Source: Perna viridis
Lineage: Eukaryota
DNA length: 64,000 nucleotides
Assembly (NCBI GenBank): GCA_037379345.1
Contig: CM074518.1
Coordinates: forward strand, 28,024,001-28,088,000
Reading direction: 5' to 3'
The notes below the pieces were generated by a model. That model had not been told where the DNA came from. It was given only the letters and a program-made list of their open reading frames with translations, and searched no databases. The position numbers and the translations under genes were made by a program. The number at the start of each line of letters is the position of its first letter. Within the stretch, counting starts at the first letter, position 1. This document shows positions 23,401-36,682 of the stretch, piece by piece.

Positions 23401-26400
23401 GTATTTTTGTTCTGTAGTGGTAAAATATGTAGACTCGAAGCCTCAAACAACAAATTCGTCAGAATCTTGCAGTTAAATGCTTTGTGGATGATTTCTTTTA
23501 TACGGGTTTTCAATTTATCGTGGTAAGATATAACGAGAATTGATATGGTGAATATGTAAAAGAGACAACAACTCTACCGGGGTAAAAAATGTCAGCTACT
23601 TTATTTTGAAAAGTCGAAAGTTTTAAGTGAATTAACTTCAGAGAATTTTCCAAAAGATCTTTAGTTTTTGACGAATACCTCTACGCGATTAAACATATTC
23701 ACTGTATATTGTTGTTGATCTCCTTTTCTACGAACTAAACCAGCCCTACAGAAAAGTCTTTAGTAACAATAATCCCACCATGTACTTTTGTTTGGAAGGA
23801 TTTTATGTAGTTTCAGAATCCAATATAAACTCATTTTTGGTTTTGGCGATAAATCATTAAGATTCACAACTTTTCAAAACTTTTTGTTATATTCAAATAA
23901 GAATAAAAATATGATTGTTTATGGATGTAAGTCGGCAGTATGGGAATCGGCAAAATGATTTCGGCAATATTATGTTGACTTGCAATCTCCAGGGCTCGGT
24001 AATCTGACACTAATTCGTTGATGGTTCTTAGCAGAAGGCAAAGCAAAACTATCAATACAAGAAACATGTCTTGTACTTTTCTGGTGGTGAATTAAAATGT
24101 AAGGCAATCGTTTGTGTTCAGCCGTATCAATCCTTACTTAGACAAAATCTTGATACTAAGAGTTCTGAGAATATTCCCAGAAACATTATCTGAGAGAAAC
24201 CAAAATTATACCTCTTAATCATAACCATATGCTATTTCATTTTCTCGTATTATATCATAATTTGGACCATATTGTGTTACAGGTAAAATTATTTGTTGTA
24301 TTATACACCTGTCAAAGGTAATTGCGGTATTGTCACAATTCACGGTTATGAATGATCAATTATTTAATTTCTCAGTAATTGTCGTTTTCATAAATTTGAG
24401 GTGTGATAATTTATGATCTTTTGATCTACAGGTAATGAAGTCGTGTGGCCTTACGGTTTTGACAGGTGAGAAGAAAATTTGGGGAGAAAACAATCACAAA
24501 GGTAAAAGTGACAGGTGTTACTCAAGCCCTTTGAAGTCTTTGAACCCCTTTTAATATGAATTCTTAATCTCAATTAACAATTAAAACATTTTCAAATAGA
24601 AGCTTTCACTTCGGGCTGCTGACAAAATTTTCCATCTGACGATAAACAAACATAGCAATATGTTATTAAGCTTTTAGGTTAAATATTTACTCTCTTTAGA
24701 GGCTGGGTCCATACTCCGTTATTTCTCTTTTGTCAATACTCCCGTTATTTGGCACGAGACATATTGAACAAATAACGGGATTGTTTAAATCAATGGGCGT
24801 GGCTTAATTTTCAAACCTTACGTAAAAAGTAGTCCTAGTCCCATTATGGTGTGCTCTTTCAAACTTCTAACTACTGCTATTGTTACCGTGAGATTTCGCC
24901 ACGTGGAGGCAATTACAGACGCGTGCCACGGGAGGGACTTAATTCTCACATTATTGTATACAAAAGAATAGATTCCTTGTTTGTTCAACAAAAATACCTA
25001 TATTTTTGTTTACCCAAATGTTAAAGTAATTGTTGTAAATGGGCCCTTTGAGAGTTCTGCTTTAATTACAGATAAAGTATAGGTCACTGACTGAGCCATA
25101 TTGATTTATAAAGTAATAGACGAATACATGTAATTTTAAACCGAAATACACCTGCTAATTTCCACCACAATCGTGCAATTTTCAACAATATTTTGTTAAC
25201 ATATCCCTTAATGAATTTTAATTGCTATTCCCAACACGATAGTTCTTCAACTAATGGTTCTATTTTCATCAATGTGTTATATGGAATCTTTTGTCTAATT
25301 TATTTCAGCATCCGAACCCAGGATTCGAACGTTCATAACGCGTACATACAGCTGCAATTGTCCTTTCAAAGACTAAACATTATACAACTTTCTATTTCTT
25401 TTTACTTCGTTGAAGATTCAAATTGTAAAAATTTGACCATTTTTTTTTCATTTGAAGTTAATACTAAGATACACTTTTAAGCCTAATAAGTTGACGTCGA
25501 ATGCTTTGAAAACGCAGGCATGATTGTCAGAAAATCTTTAAAAGTGGTAGTTTTGATAGGAAAATTGGAAATCTTTATGCGGTTAGGAAACCGATTATAT
25601 TATTTGGTTGTATGTCAGAGAAACCATATAATCCATAAATGCCCTCTATTTCACATCAAACGGTATAGATTTTGGCAAATGTGAAGTACTGCTATCAATA
25701 AATTCCTTTTTAAAAACCACTAATTTTCGATTTCCCATAGATATTTCATTTGCCACAAATTACAAAGATTTTAGTGGAACGAAAATCGAATGTACGAAAC
25801 ACTACTAATACGATTACATTGATCAGAAAAACTAGATATAAACCGACTAAATTTGTCCGGAATTTCATTTTCTGTGAATTTCTTCAGCTGCTTAAAGCTC
25901 CCTTGTATTTAACGCATCTTTTCCATACTTTTGGATTTAACCATTTCTAGTAACAACTTCTTAATACCGCTTTTCAGATCGAAATGGATATAATAAGCTT
26001 TTCGGGAAAAAACGAAGTGATCATTTATTGAAACAGACGAGTAATTCTTCGAGGATTGTATCTTAGTCCTCTATAATAAGCTAGGATGATAACTGCTACT
26101 ACTACGAAGGTTAGTGATTTGTAGTAATGCCATAAAAATGACGGTGGTATGTTCCATGTCATAATATGAAAAAAGGAGCCTGCCTGTTTCCATGGTTAAA
26201 AACGTGTTTATGTCTAAAAAGATTTCCTTTTTCAATTTAAGGAAAGTTGATATTTAGATTTAATTTGTATTATACTTCAAGAAATTGTAACCATTAAAGT
26301 ACAAAATGCGCGATAAAAGAAATATAAAACGGGGAAAGAAAATTCTTAAGTTAAAACTGGATAGAAAATTCTAAGTACTAGAAGGCGGAGCTTCTTTTTT

Positions 26401-26567
26401 TATGACGCACAGGTATGAATATCGTTAATTAGCCAGGTTTCAAGAAGGTTTATTAATTATTTCTGGGAGAGAAAAAACTACAAGTTACTACAACACAATA
26501 TAACTTTGTTTAAAAAGTTTCTGTATTAAACAAAGCAAAAAAGTCAAGTTTTTGTTATGATCTAATG

Positions 26568-26604
26568 GAGAGAGAGAGAGAGAGAAAACAAAAAAAAAAA
26601 ACAA

Positions 26605-26635
<31 letters not shown>

Positions 26636-26640
26636 TAACA
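26568..26640. repeat. (GA)n microsatellite followed by an A-rich low-complexity tract
   Basis: Directly visible in the sequence. Confidence 0.9.
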
Positions 26641-29600
26641 ACTAAATGCCCCACTTCATGTACTTATTTCTTTCATTTTAAGCACGTAGTTTGCAAAGTA
26701 GTTAATAAATATTTTAGCGTACATTCATAACATCAAAATATGCTATTTTCTGTAAAGCTTGCATGTTTATTTATTTTTTTATCATAGTTCTCCATATCTC
26801 TAAGTGACTGAAATTGAATCAACTTCTGATATGAAACATTGGATTCTTTGGTTGTTCCATGATTTAGCTGTTTCCCCATCTGGTGGTCCATTCCGATGTT
26901 GGGTTGCATAAATTTGGACCGACCCTTCTCCGGATACGGTTCCTGGGGGTTCAGGGTTTTAGATAATGACAAGTTAATTCCCACAATGACGACTTTATTG
27001 AAAAATAATGTCAAATGTTAAAAATTATTATTTATTTTGTGTAATAATTTTAATTCAGTGCGTTTTCTGATTCCAGAGTCCGAGCTTTCGATTGGAATTT
27101 TATCATCAATTCTCAAGTTATGTACATCATTTATATTCTGATATATCTGAATATGAATTTATTCTGACAAGAAATTCATTTGCAAAGACTTATATTCATT
27201 TGCTTAATTAGTTTTCATTTTTAGTTCTATATTTTTTTCTCACAACTCGAAGGTACAAATATAAGGCAAAAAATAGGAGACGGAATAAATACATACACAA
27301 AATCATACCAACAATTCAATTCAGAAGTTTCTAATTTTAATCGCTTGTAAATATCTATTATAACGCTTTTCATAAAAACAGCATTACTTTGCATCGAGTT
27401 TATTTCACTTAAGTATTATTTTTGTTTGTAAGAATAGAATACAATACAAAAATGTACAAAAATTAGACTTCAGAATAGAAGGCCGAAGTATATTTTAATT
27501 TAAAAATTGAATAAAATGTAGTGATTCATACAAGTCTCCTGAAATTTGAATAGTTCTGTTCACAGTTGTAATGTGCATTGTAAATGCATAGTATGTCTCT
27601 TGGAACAGTGTAACCCTCTGAGAGAATTTAGTTCGGTCTTGTCTCGTCTTTGAATTTAAAAAAAAGACGAACAAAGGGGTCCGTTACTCTTGACTCTACA
27701 AAAAAAAATGTATTGTATGCACGGAGGCCAAAATGTCCCAGTCCTTTGTTGCCTCTCTCTCTCTCCGTCTCTCTCTCCCGGAAGTGAGTTAATAATGACC
27801 TGCTAATCTCAAACTGTAAAAGAGCTGTTATGGAAGTGTAATCCTTTCAAATAAAAAACACACAAAAAAAAGGACAACGAAATCTTACGAAATTTACGGG
27901 ATCTAATGATATGCTCTTAATACTATCCGACCATACACTTCGGATTATAATGTCAATTTATGGAAGCTATATCTTATAAAATTCAATCACGGTTTCCGCA
28001 TCATTTGATATAGTATGTTGTAATTTTGTATGTTTTCTAATAAAGAAAGACGATAATTTGGGTCTTGTCTAAGTCTTCATTTACAACAGACCTTAATGAA
28101 TTTGCATTCAGAAATCAAAGCAAATAGCCATTCATGTACGTGGCTAAATCTTTGCTTATTCCACGTTAGCAACAATTGTCGACGTTAACTGCCAATTACA
28201 GAATTCAAAGGTTTCATCAAGTTGCGTACAACGTTATTATGTCTTTAAATTAAGATAAATTAAACAGCGAAACAACAAAAATCGGGCAATGAAACAGCTT
28301 GAAGGGCGATATTATATTCCATAATTAAGGTAAAGGAAATTAGTGTTCTCGTAGAAAATTATAGGTTTTTACATTAAAATTTACCGTCAACAAACGCGTA
28401 TAGCACTGATTTCTAATAAATACTTCATAATTTTAACGGCAATTCTTGCGTGGCAAATATTTAAGAGGATTTTTATTAAAAATTGAATATTCTTTTTTTT
28501 TCAGATTATTGATAAAGGTTGCAGATATCAGTGCAGAAAACTGAGAGAAAAAAATGAATTTGGTGGAACATCCACGAGGGGAATTATATTTAAAAGAAAA
28601 AATGATTGCATTAATTTTTAGCAGAAACTCTGGCGTATAGACGATGGAAAATAAAGACCTTTGGCTGAAAGGGCATGCAAATGTACCATGTACCGAGTTC
28701 AACACTCTCAAAGGACCAGCGCCGGATGCGGTCAGTGCGAAAAAAAAAGCTTCAAAAGCAGACAACAGTGGATATGAATTTGCACCTGGTGTTGTTAAAA
28801 AATTAAAGCCCAAAAACCACACAAAGAGATGAAAAGGCAAAGAAAAAATTAAACTGTTTACGAGTATTCTCCTCTGCGTGCAAACGAGGCGTGGATTTAA
28901 TTATTCCGCAGTTTCTATTTATGTACTGATGATAATTTTTAAAAAGCTTGACCGCTGTACATTCTGGGACATGAATAACTAACACCCCCATTCTTGCATA
29001 TAGATATCTGATATTGTAGAAAGTTATAAGCCATGTGCGTGTGTCAACTCATCATTTAGATTCACTGGGATTCCATGCATGTCGGAAAACACGTGTCGGT
29101 GGCACCGAGAGACCAACCATCGCTTCCATCATTTACGTCGCTAATGACAACGAGAGACTTGTACAATGTTGTAGGTTGTATGATTGCTGATAACGGATAG
29201 AGTTGGAAATAAACCAGTTATGGAATTAGTTATCGTTGCTCATTTATGGTTAATGTCAAGGAACTGTTGTATGGATCAAAAGCGAGGGTGTTACATTACA
29301 GTGGGATAAACTTGACACACATTGATAATTATATGTATTAAATTGCTTTTAAAATATTTAAATTCGTCCTTTCGTCTGTTTGTAATTGTTGAAATCATAA
29401 ACTGTCCGATTTTCAAATGAGCGGTATAGTTTTGTTTCATTTTCATGCCCCCTGAAAACACCTCTGATCTTTATAATGATCTTCAACTTGATTAAATCAT
29501 ACTTCGATCTGTCTGTACAATAAGTTATGATTATTTACATGATTTCTCTTCTTTAAAATATATATCCGTTTGCGCCACTTGTACGTCTTTTTGTGCCACA

Positions 29601-32600
29601 ACCTACATGTGTCACTGTACCATTTGCCCACTCACTTTTACAAAAAACGTGGACTCATTTGTGCCAATGATAATTGTATTCGATTGCACCAATATGGTAA
29701 AATTTCGATCATATTTCGAAGAAATATTAGTACGACTCCCCCTACTCCTAAGGACGAAAACATAAACAGAATACCCCCTCCCCACTTAAAAAAAATCTGA
29801 AATTCAATTAATACATTAACGGAATATCATCATAGCTCTATATACATTATCTCCTTACTCAAAGTCAAATATGAATAGGAAAGGACTCATGAATACCATC
29901 ATGTTTTCTCATTCGCACAATATAATTATGGCCCTAGAAAGCAATAATAAACAAGAGCAGGTGCTCATTCGGATATTAAATATTTAAATCATTTATATAA
30001 GTGTCCATTAGATGGAAACAATGATGGACAGATTGTATCGAGAATTGGCAGTGGCTATTTGTCCACCCTTGAGTCAATATTACGTCACAGTGTCGCACGC
30101 GTACCCATTGTGTGACTGAAAAGCTATTAGAGAAGGGATTATTTTGGACAAAGGTTTGATGCTGTGTTGTTTCATTATAAACTGAGTTTGACAGGCTCTG
30201 AAAATGCAGGGTTGTTCTTCGGCAACTGTTGATGATACAATGGGAATTAGGGGGCACAGATGTATTGGTAAAATTGAGTAAATCTACTTAATATAACAAT
30301 TGAATTCAATCTATTAATATTTTCTTTGCTAATCGGAATTAATTTAAATTATTTTTAATTCAATTGAATTTTATTCATTATTTTCATCTCTCTACAAAAG
30401 ATGCTCCTAGAGAGCGTGTCTCAATTCCAAAAGCAAAAGCAAAAAATGTTGCCGTTTATATCAATAATAAAATTTGATTTTGAAAATGGAGTAATTTTAA
30501 AGTGGATGGAAATTACACAATTTAAGTTTATTTTAAAAAGTATGTTTTTTTTTTAATTTTGTAAACGTCTCAATTTACCGCTTCGCTCAATATATTTTAC
30601 GGCTTCTCTTTGTGTATTTTATGCTAAACCAAAACATGCTTCTAGCCAACTAAATAAATAATATTCCAATTAACTCGTAAATGTTAATGACACTATAACT
30701 GTCATCTCTCGTTTTCTCTCAGGAACAAATCCCAAGAGAGACTCCCCACATTATTTTTCTTTCCCATGCGAGACCCAGGTGTGTTCTATCAGTCAATATA
30801 TAAAAATCGGATTTCAATTTTGATTAAGTGATTTCGATCAATATGGACATATTTGTATAAAATCCCCAGTATCAAAATGATTGGATAAATAGCGGGTTAT
30901 TACAGGCAATATGACACGACTTGGTTTGACTTTCAACCCCTATCCTACATTAACTATGATAAATTTACATGCCAAACACGGTTAAATTAATTCTACTAAT
31001 TGTTTGTACGGGGAATTCATAACGAGCATAAGGTTTCACAATGACACCAACTTAAGCATTAAGATTATGCACGAAAATGCGACTAAGCCCAGAATAAAAT
31101 TGAATTTGACCAATTCTGATGCCTTTAAGACGAATGATTGTCTCATTGTAAACAAGTAACAGCTCATTGTAAACAAATTTCTTTGGGTTAGTAATTCTTT
31201 GAGCGATGACATTTATACGAAATGTTAAAAGTCGAAAAATAATGCTCCCACGGACTGCATACTATCTTGGTCCATAATTTGAGCTCACATGAACTTGTAC
31301 AAATCACGGTTCGTGCTACCGAATGGATAATTATGGTTCGAATAAAGTTAGAGGTTATATGCATTATGCGATACCAGGATTTACATGTGATACGGATATG
31401 TACATGAACATGTATTCAAGACAAATATCCTAGTAAAAATGGATAGTACCTAACAAGACATTTATCAGGGGATTCTTCCATAACAAAATAAATAAATGTA
31501 GTACCAGTCTGGAAAACAAGGCAGCCTTCATTACAAATATGTAGTAAAAAGTAAATATACAAATACTTTACATGACTTCACATAAAGTAATACTAGTATT
31601 GCACCACTACCTTGTTCATCGTATTCATATTATTGTTAGTATCGACAGGCAGTTTTTAAAGAAATTTTCAATTACCAAGTTTTGTTCTGACGGTCTCGTA
31701 GCAACTGTGTTTGTGCTTTACAAATTAATACAATTCGTTTTGAACAGACACGATCTACTTCGAAGACCAAAGAATACATTTTTAGTCTCGTTTACTGACG
31801 AAGCATGACAAAGACTTAACAAGTGCAGCATTCAGATAACAACTAGTTCTGGATGATTCATCCAATATAAGTACGTGTTTGTTCAAACGGAATCATGACC
31901 AAAGAGAGGTAACTCGTGTATGTAAATGTGCCCATTTGTTAGAATTTTCATTTCGGATATTGACTCTCACATATTGCGAATAATTTGTTTGCTTCATACA
32001 TTTACAAACCCCTCATGGGTTAAGGCATTCCAACATAACCCTGGCTACTGTGCTAAACAAATGTTCTTTTTATTCAAATAAATCTCTATTTCCTACATAA
32101 GCTCACTAATTTCAATGATTCAGCAATACCAGTATTTCTATGCAGGTATTCAATTCCAGACCATTGTTCCAAGGATGATTCTATTTTGACGATAATTATT
32201 CTCAATGCATGGAGTTATAGACAGTAAAAAAAGGAGCTAGGTTGGGGTCTTCACTTACCGAATCCAACCACCTGTATAATCATGACTGTTTTTGTATTGT
32301 ACAAGTCAGAAATGCAAGCAGCTCAACATCGCCATAAATGAGTTCGTTTGTCAAAAATTTTATTTCATCATCTTAACTAAGGTTGTCATTTTTAATTTAT
32401 TTGTTTGTTTTTTTTTTTTAAATAAAATATACTAAAACCTGCTTCCATAAGCAAATTGGTAGAGTACACCACACACAGCTTAGCAGATTTGAAATTAAAA
32501 GGCTCCTGTACTATATATTTTTACATCCTGTACAGCAGAGCTTATATACATAGTAAATCAAGCAGCAAGAGTCTGCAGAGATTGTGATTTCTGTACAACT

Positions 32601-35600
32601 CTTGTAATACGCAGATATTTGGAATTTTTCATATCTATTAACCATTCAGAGGGGGGGAATGGATAAAATAAATGGAAAAAAATTGATTCTCCCAAATACA
32701 AAATGATGTGATATGACATAGCTGATTTTTTTTCAAAAAGATAAAAATTGGGATTTATGAAAAAATTCTATTCACATAAAAATCATCCACATGAGAGGGT
32801 GTCAATTGGGGAGAACACCCCCCAAACCATGAACTGTTCCTATGGTTACACTCAACAGGTACGATTTTTCGCAACTCTTGCTGCAATAATACTGTATCGT
32901 ATAATAACACAAGATCTGGTCTTCTTTTCATTTATACAAATGCATCATTTGAACATGATATGCAGCACATTCTTGACAAATTGACGAAAAACAATAACAA
33001 CATATACAAATGATTCATGAGAAATTATGGCAGTAAATACAACAGCAGTTTTGATTGGTCAATCAAAATTGAAAAAAAAAACCTTACAGGTGGGATGCAG
33101 AAAATGAATACAAATAGAGATGGATTTCTCAAACTTAATTAGCTTCAAAGTTGCAGAATCATCAAGCACTTTGTTCAAATAGATCATATTTTGGCATTTT
33201 CACTGCATCATACAAGGTCAAATTTTTCATTTATTTTATTTTTGCCAAACAACATGTATGTTATGTCTAAACATTCAAAAATAATTTGTGGTCCCCCACT
33301 ATTACAGAACATATTATGTAAGAAGTTAGTTGTTTGAAATCTCAGCACAACATTAAAAATATCATCACAATGTATTGCTCAGTGGACCCATTTATCTTTT
33401 GTGTCAAAAAGATCCACATAAGTACAACCTTGTGAACTGGAAGTGTTATCCCCATGGTTTCATTGTATTAATTTAGCACTATTAAGGAGATATTCATGAG
33501 CACATGCTTCTGTATAACACTTCCATGGTTTAATTTTTGTGTATAGAAATAGCCCAAAGATGTAATACTGAACATTTGTACCAGTGTCATTAGCCATATG
33601 CCAGCAATCTGGAACTAGCAAAATGGATTAATGGGGTAAATATTTAGTGAAATATTTTTTTTGTTTCTACATACATACAAAAGTAAATTTTTGGTTAGGC
33701 TGGTAATTTGAGACAGTTTTTTGGCAATGAGTGTAAATTTAATATGTACAAACCATGTATAAGGTTAGAACATTTTACATTCCATGTCCTCGTATGTAAG
33801 TCAACTGGAATAGTGTGGCATGTTTAACCTTAGTTGCAAAAATACATACAGGCAATAATTTAAAATAAAAGAATTTCCAAAACAAGATTAAAATATTTCG
33901 CAGCTTCATCTATATCAAATTGCATTAATAACAGCTTATATTCTAACCAGTGTAAAATCAGTTTTGAGAAACCCATGAAAGGATATAAATATAGATTCTA
34001 ATATGACATGTTTCAAGGCTCTTTAGACCACAGCCATGGTAAAAAAAAAAAGTGATAAACACATGACCAACATTTCGTGCAACACATAGGCTGCATCTAT
34101 TTAAAAATATGAAGACACTGGTTCTATTAGAATCAAAATTAATCATTGAAAAGTGTGAGACAGGAGTAAAATATATCTTATAAACAAATCAAATGCATTT
34201 TGATACAAATTTATAAAAAAAAGTTTGACAAATAACAGCAGAAAAATTATGAATTCATTTTGGCAAATTGAACCATACCTATTAAATTCAGAATGTAGGG
34301 AATCTTCGTCAGGTCGCCAGGTATGTCAAATAAAATATTTATAATTCATTAACTATTAAGTGTAGTATGCAGTTTTAAATTTTTGTGAAGTTAGAAAAAA
34401 AAAACCATCTGCTTCTTTATTAACAAAATTAAAACAGTAGGAATTTAATATAATGTGATTTCAACCTGGTCGTATATTAATTCTTATTTAACTGTATACC
34501 TAGAAAATAACTTAGCCATATTTTATCCTGTTTTTGCAGAGTTACCTCCTGTCAGAGCAGGTGTAATTTCGAAGTCTCTCTAATTGATGTTCAGATTCGG
34601 GTGCAGAAAAAACAGGTAACTCGAATGAAAATGGAATCCCCAGCACACTACCACAACAGTGTTTCTAAAATTTACAGGACGTTTCATTTTGTTGTTAGGT
34701 TACATAAGGATGATTTTCATTTGTATCCCGGGTAAAGAAAATTTATGGCAGGGTCAGTAGAACGAGAAATTCCCTTTTGACTTTCGAGATTTCCAAAATA
34801 TCGTCGATATCGGATGGAAAACCTTATATGAGCAGAATAGACACCTGCTCCAAACGGAGATAAATGTTGACAAAATGTTGGTCCACAAGTCGGGAATTAA
34901 AGAAGGATCTTATTCTTCAAAACTTGTAATGCCTTTAAAACAAGGCACAACATATAAGACATAGTATGTTTACTGTTTCCACACTCACTTTACAAGACCA
35001 ACAGAGAAGCAACAACTCATAAAAAATCATTGGAATGTTTGTATTCAGTATTTTACATCAATCTTATGTAAGCGCCTAATTAACTTGTATTCATTTTATT
35101 CTGCTTCAAACAAAAGCTTGAGAGGCTTTGGTGAAAAGGAATATAATACAAACATATCACTGATTTCATGAGTTATGTCCCTTACCCTAGGTCTACCTCC
35201 TTAAATCTGCCAATTTGTACTTTTGTTGTGCCCTCAACAAATTTCAGTAACAAGTACATCAACTATAGAACTGAATAGGTGGAGAAAAATTAAACAGACT
35301 TGTCTTTCGTTTGTTTTTCTTGTAAAACCTAAATGTACATATACAGGTACTCACAAATTAATTATGTTCAACTGTAACATAGTACTCATATATTTTGGTT
35401 GCTCAATCATACTAAACAATAGACTACAAATATCTAGCACTAATTTGAGAGACACTACTTTTTTCAGGCCACTGAAAAGTATTTCTGAGATTCCAAAGCT
35501 AACTTAAAACACTACCTGATGAAAAAAGGCTCAGGGGTTCAAATTTAATTTCAAGAATGGTAGATCCTTGACTTTTCAAAGTTTGAAATCAATAGTTCAA

Positions 35601-35890
35601 TTACAGAAAATAAAAAAAAATCCCAATTAGTGTCCAATGAAAGGGTTGACAGAAGGGAAATAAAATTTATAAGGTCATAGGTCAGAAATTTAGTGTCCTA
35701 GACCTTTGGAACTCCATTAATTTGAAGCCTGAACTTCTTTTCCCAATCAAAAATGTTTTGAAAAATGTAATTATGACTTAATCATTGACATCACACTTTT
35801 CTATCGAAGAATATATGTTCTTATAACCAGAAACAAATTTTCTTGGCCTGATAATAATGTCATGGATTAATTAAGAACATGATAGTGTAA

Positions 35891-36028
35891 ATCTGGCATC
35901 GATTTCACAAAAAGTTTCAAGTGTAAAGTTGATCGTAAGTAATGATGTCACAACCTAAAATAGCATTGTGACGTCAGACTTTATGATCAATTTCACATTT
36001 ACGACTTTTTGTGAAATCGATGCCCGAT
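35891..36028. mobile_element. Palindromic MITE in the presumed BICRA 3'UTR
   Basis: Perfect 21-bp terminal inverted repeat GGCATCGATTTCACAAAAAGT (35895-35915 / 36004-36024), plus internal arms ttgatc/gatcaa and tgatgtcacaa/ttgtgacgtca. Confidence 0.8.
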
Positions 36029-36682
36029 CATGTAATATAAATGTGGAAATTTCCCCAGGGTGAAATCATTAGCACCACATCTTACATCAGAAGTCTGTTA
36101 CATGTAGAATAAATTTGTATCCTATAGTACATGTAACAAGTATAAAAATAACTAATACTAAAGAAGATATTTTCAAACTATGTTTTAACAGCTAAAGACA
36201 CACTGTAAAATAAAAAAGTTAACAAATACTCCATTTAATCCTACTATAAAATGTTTGGAATGTTTCTTTTAATTTTGGAAATTTTCAACTTTATATATGC
36301 TGAATCTCAAGAAGAGATGAGAACACCAAGCATAGTTTATCTCAAACCAGAGAATTGGGTCCTATTAAAATTATGTATTTCACCAAAAAAACTGATTCAA
36401 ATCAAATAATTACTGCTCTTTAAGATGTAACAAATTTTCAGAAATTTGAAACTTTTTTTTAACAACTGAAGGAGAATTATCTGAGCATTATTTGAAAACA
36501 ATGATTTTTTTTTAATACAAATGTGGATGGAATTGGAAATCATGATCCGAAATCTACTTTATATGAGAAAATGACTAATATAAAAACAAACAAATGTACA
36601 AAAAATACAAAAAATTAACTTATATCATGCAATAAATTAATTGTGTACACATACACAACCTATCATAAAAATTTAATAACAA

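Noticed and set aside
22905-23600. Hammerhead ribozyme associated with the Penelope-like fragment
   Set aside because: By eye I found no CTGANGA...GAAA core with supporting stems near the element. A covariance-model search would be needed to exclude it fully.
1200-25110. ONECUT autoregulatory ATTGAT/ATCAAT sites
   Set aside because: Several occur, but this AT-rich motif is expected often by chance here, and I cannot show enrichment.
25305-25400. tRNA gene on the minus strand (GTTCGAATCC B-box)
   Set aside because: No acceptor, D or anticodon stems can be built. At most it is a decayed SINE fragment.
928-35507. The many 60-135 aa intronic and intergenic ORFs in the track (other than those discussed)
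   Set aside because: AT-driven F/I/L/K-rich composition, frequent non-ATG starts, no recognisable domains and no splice-consistent chaining.
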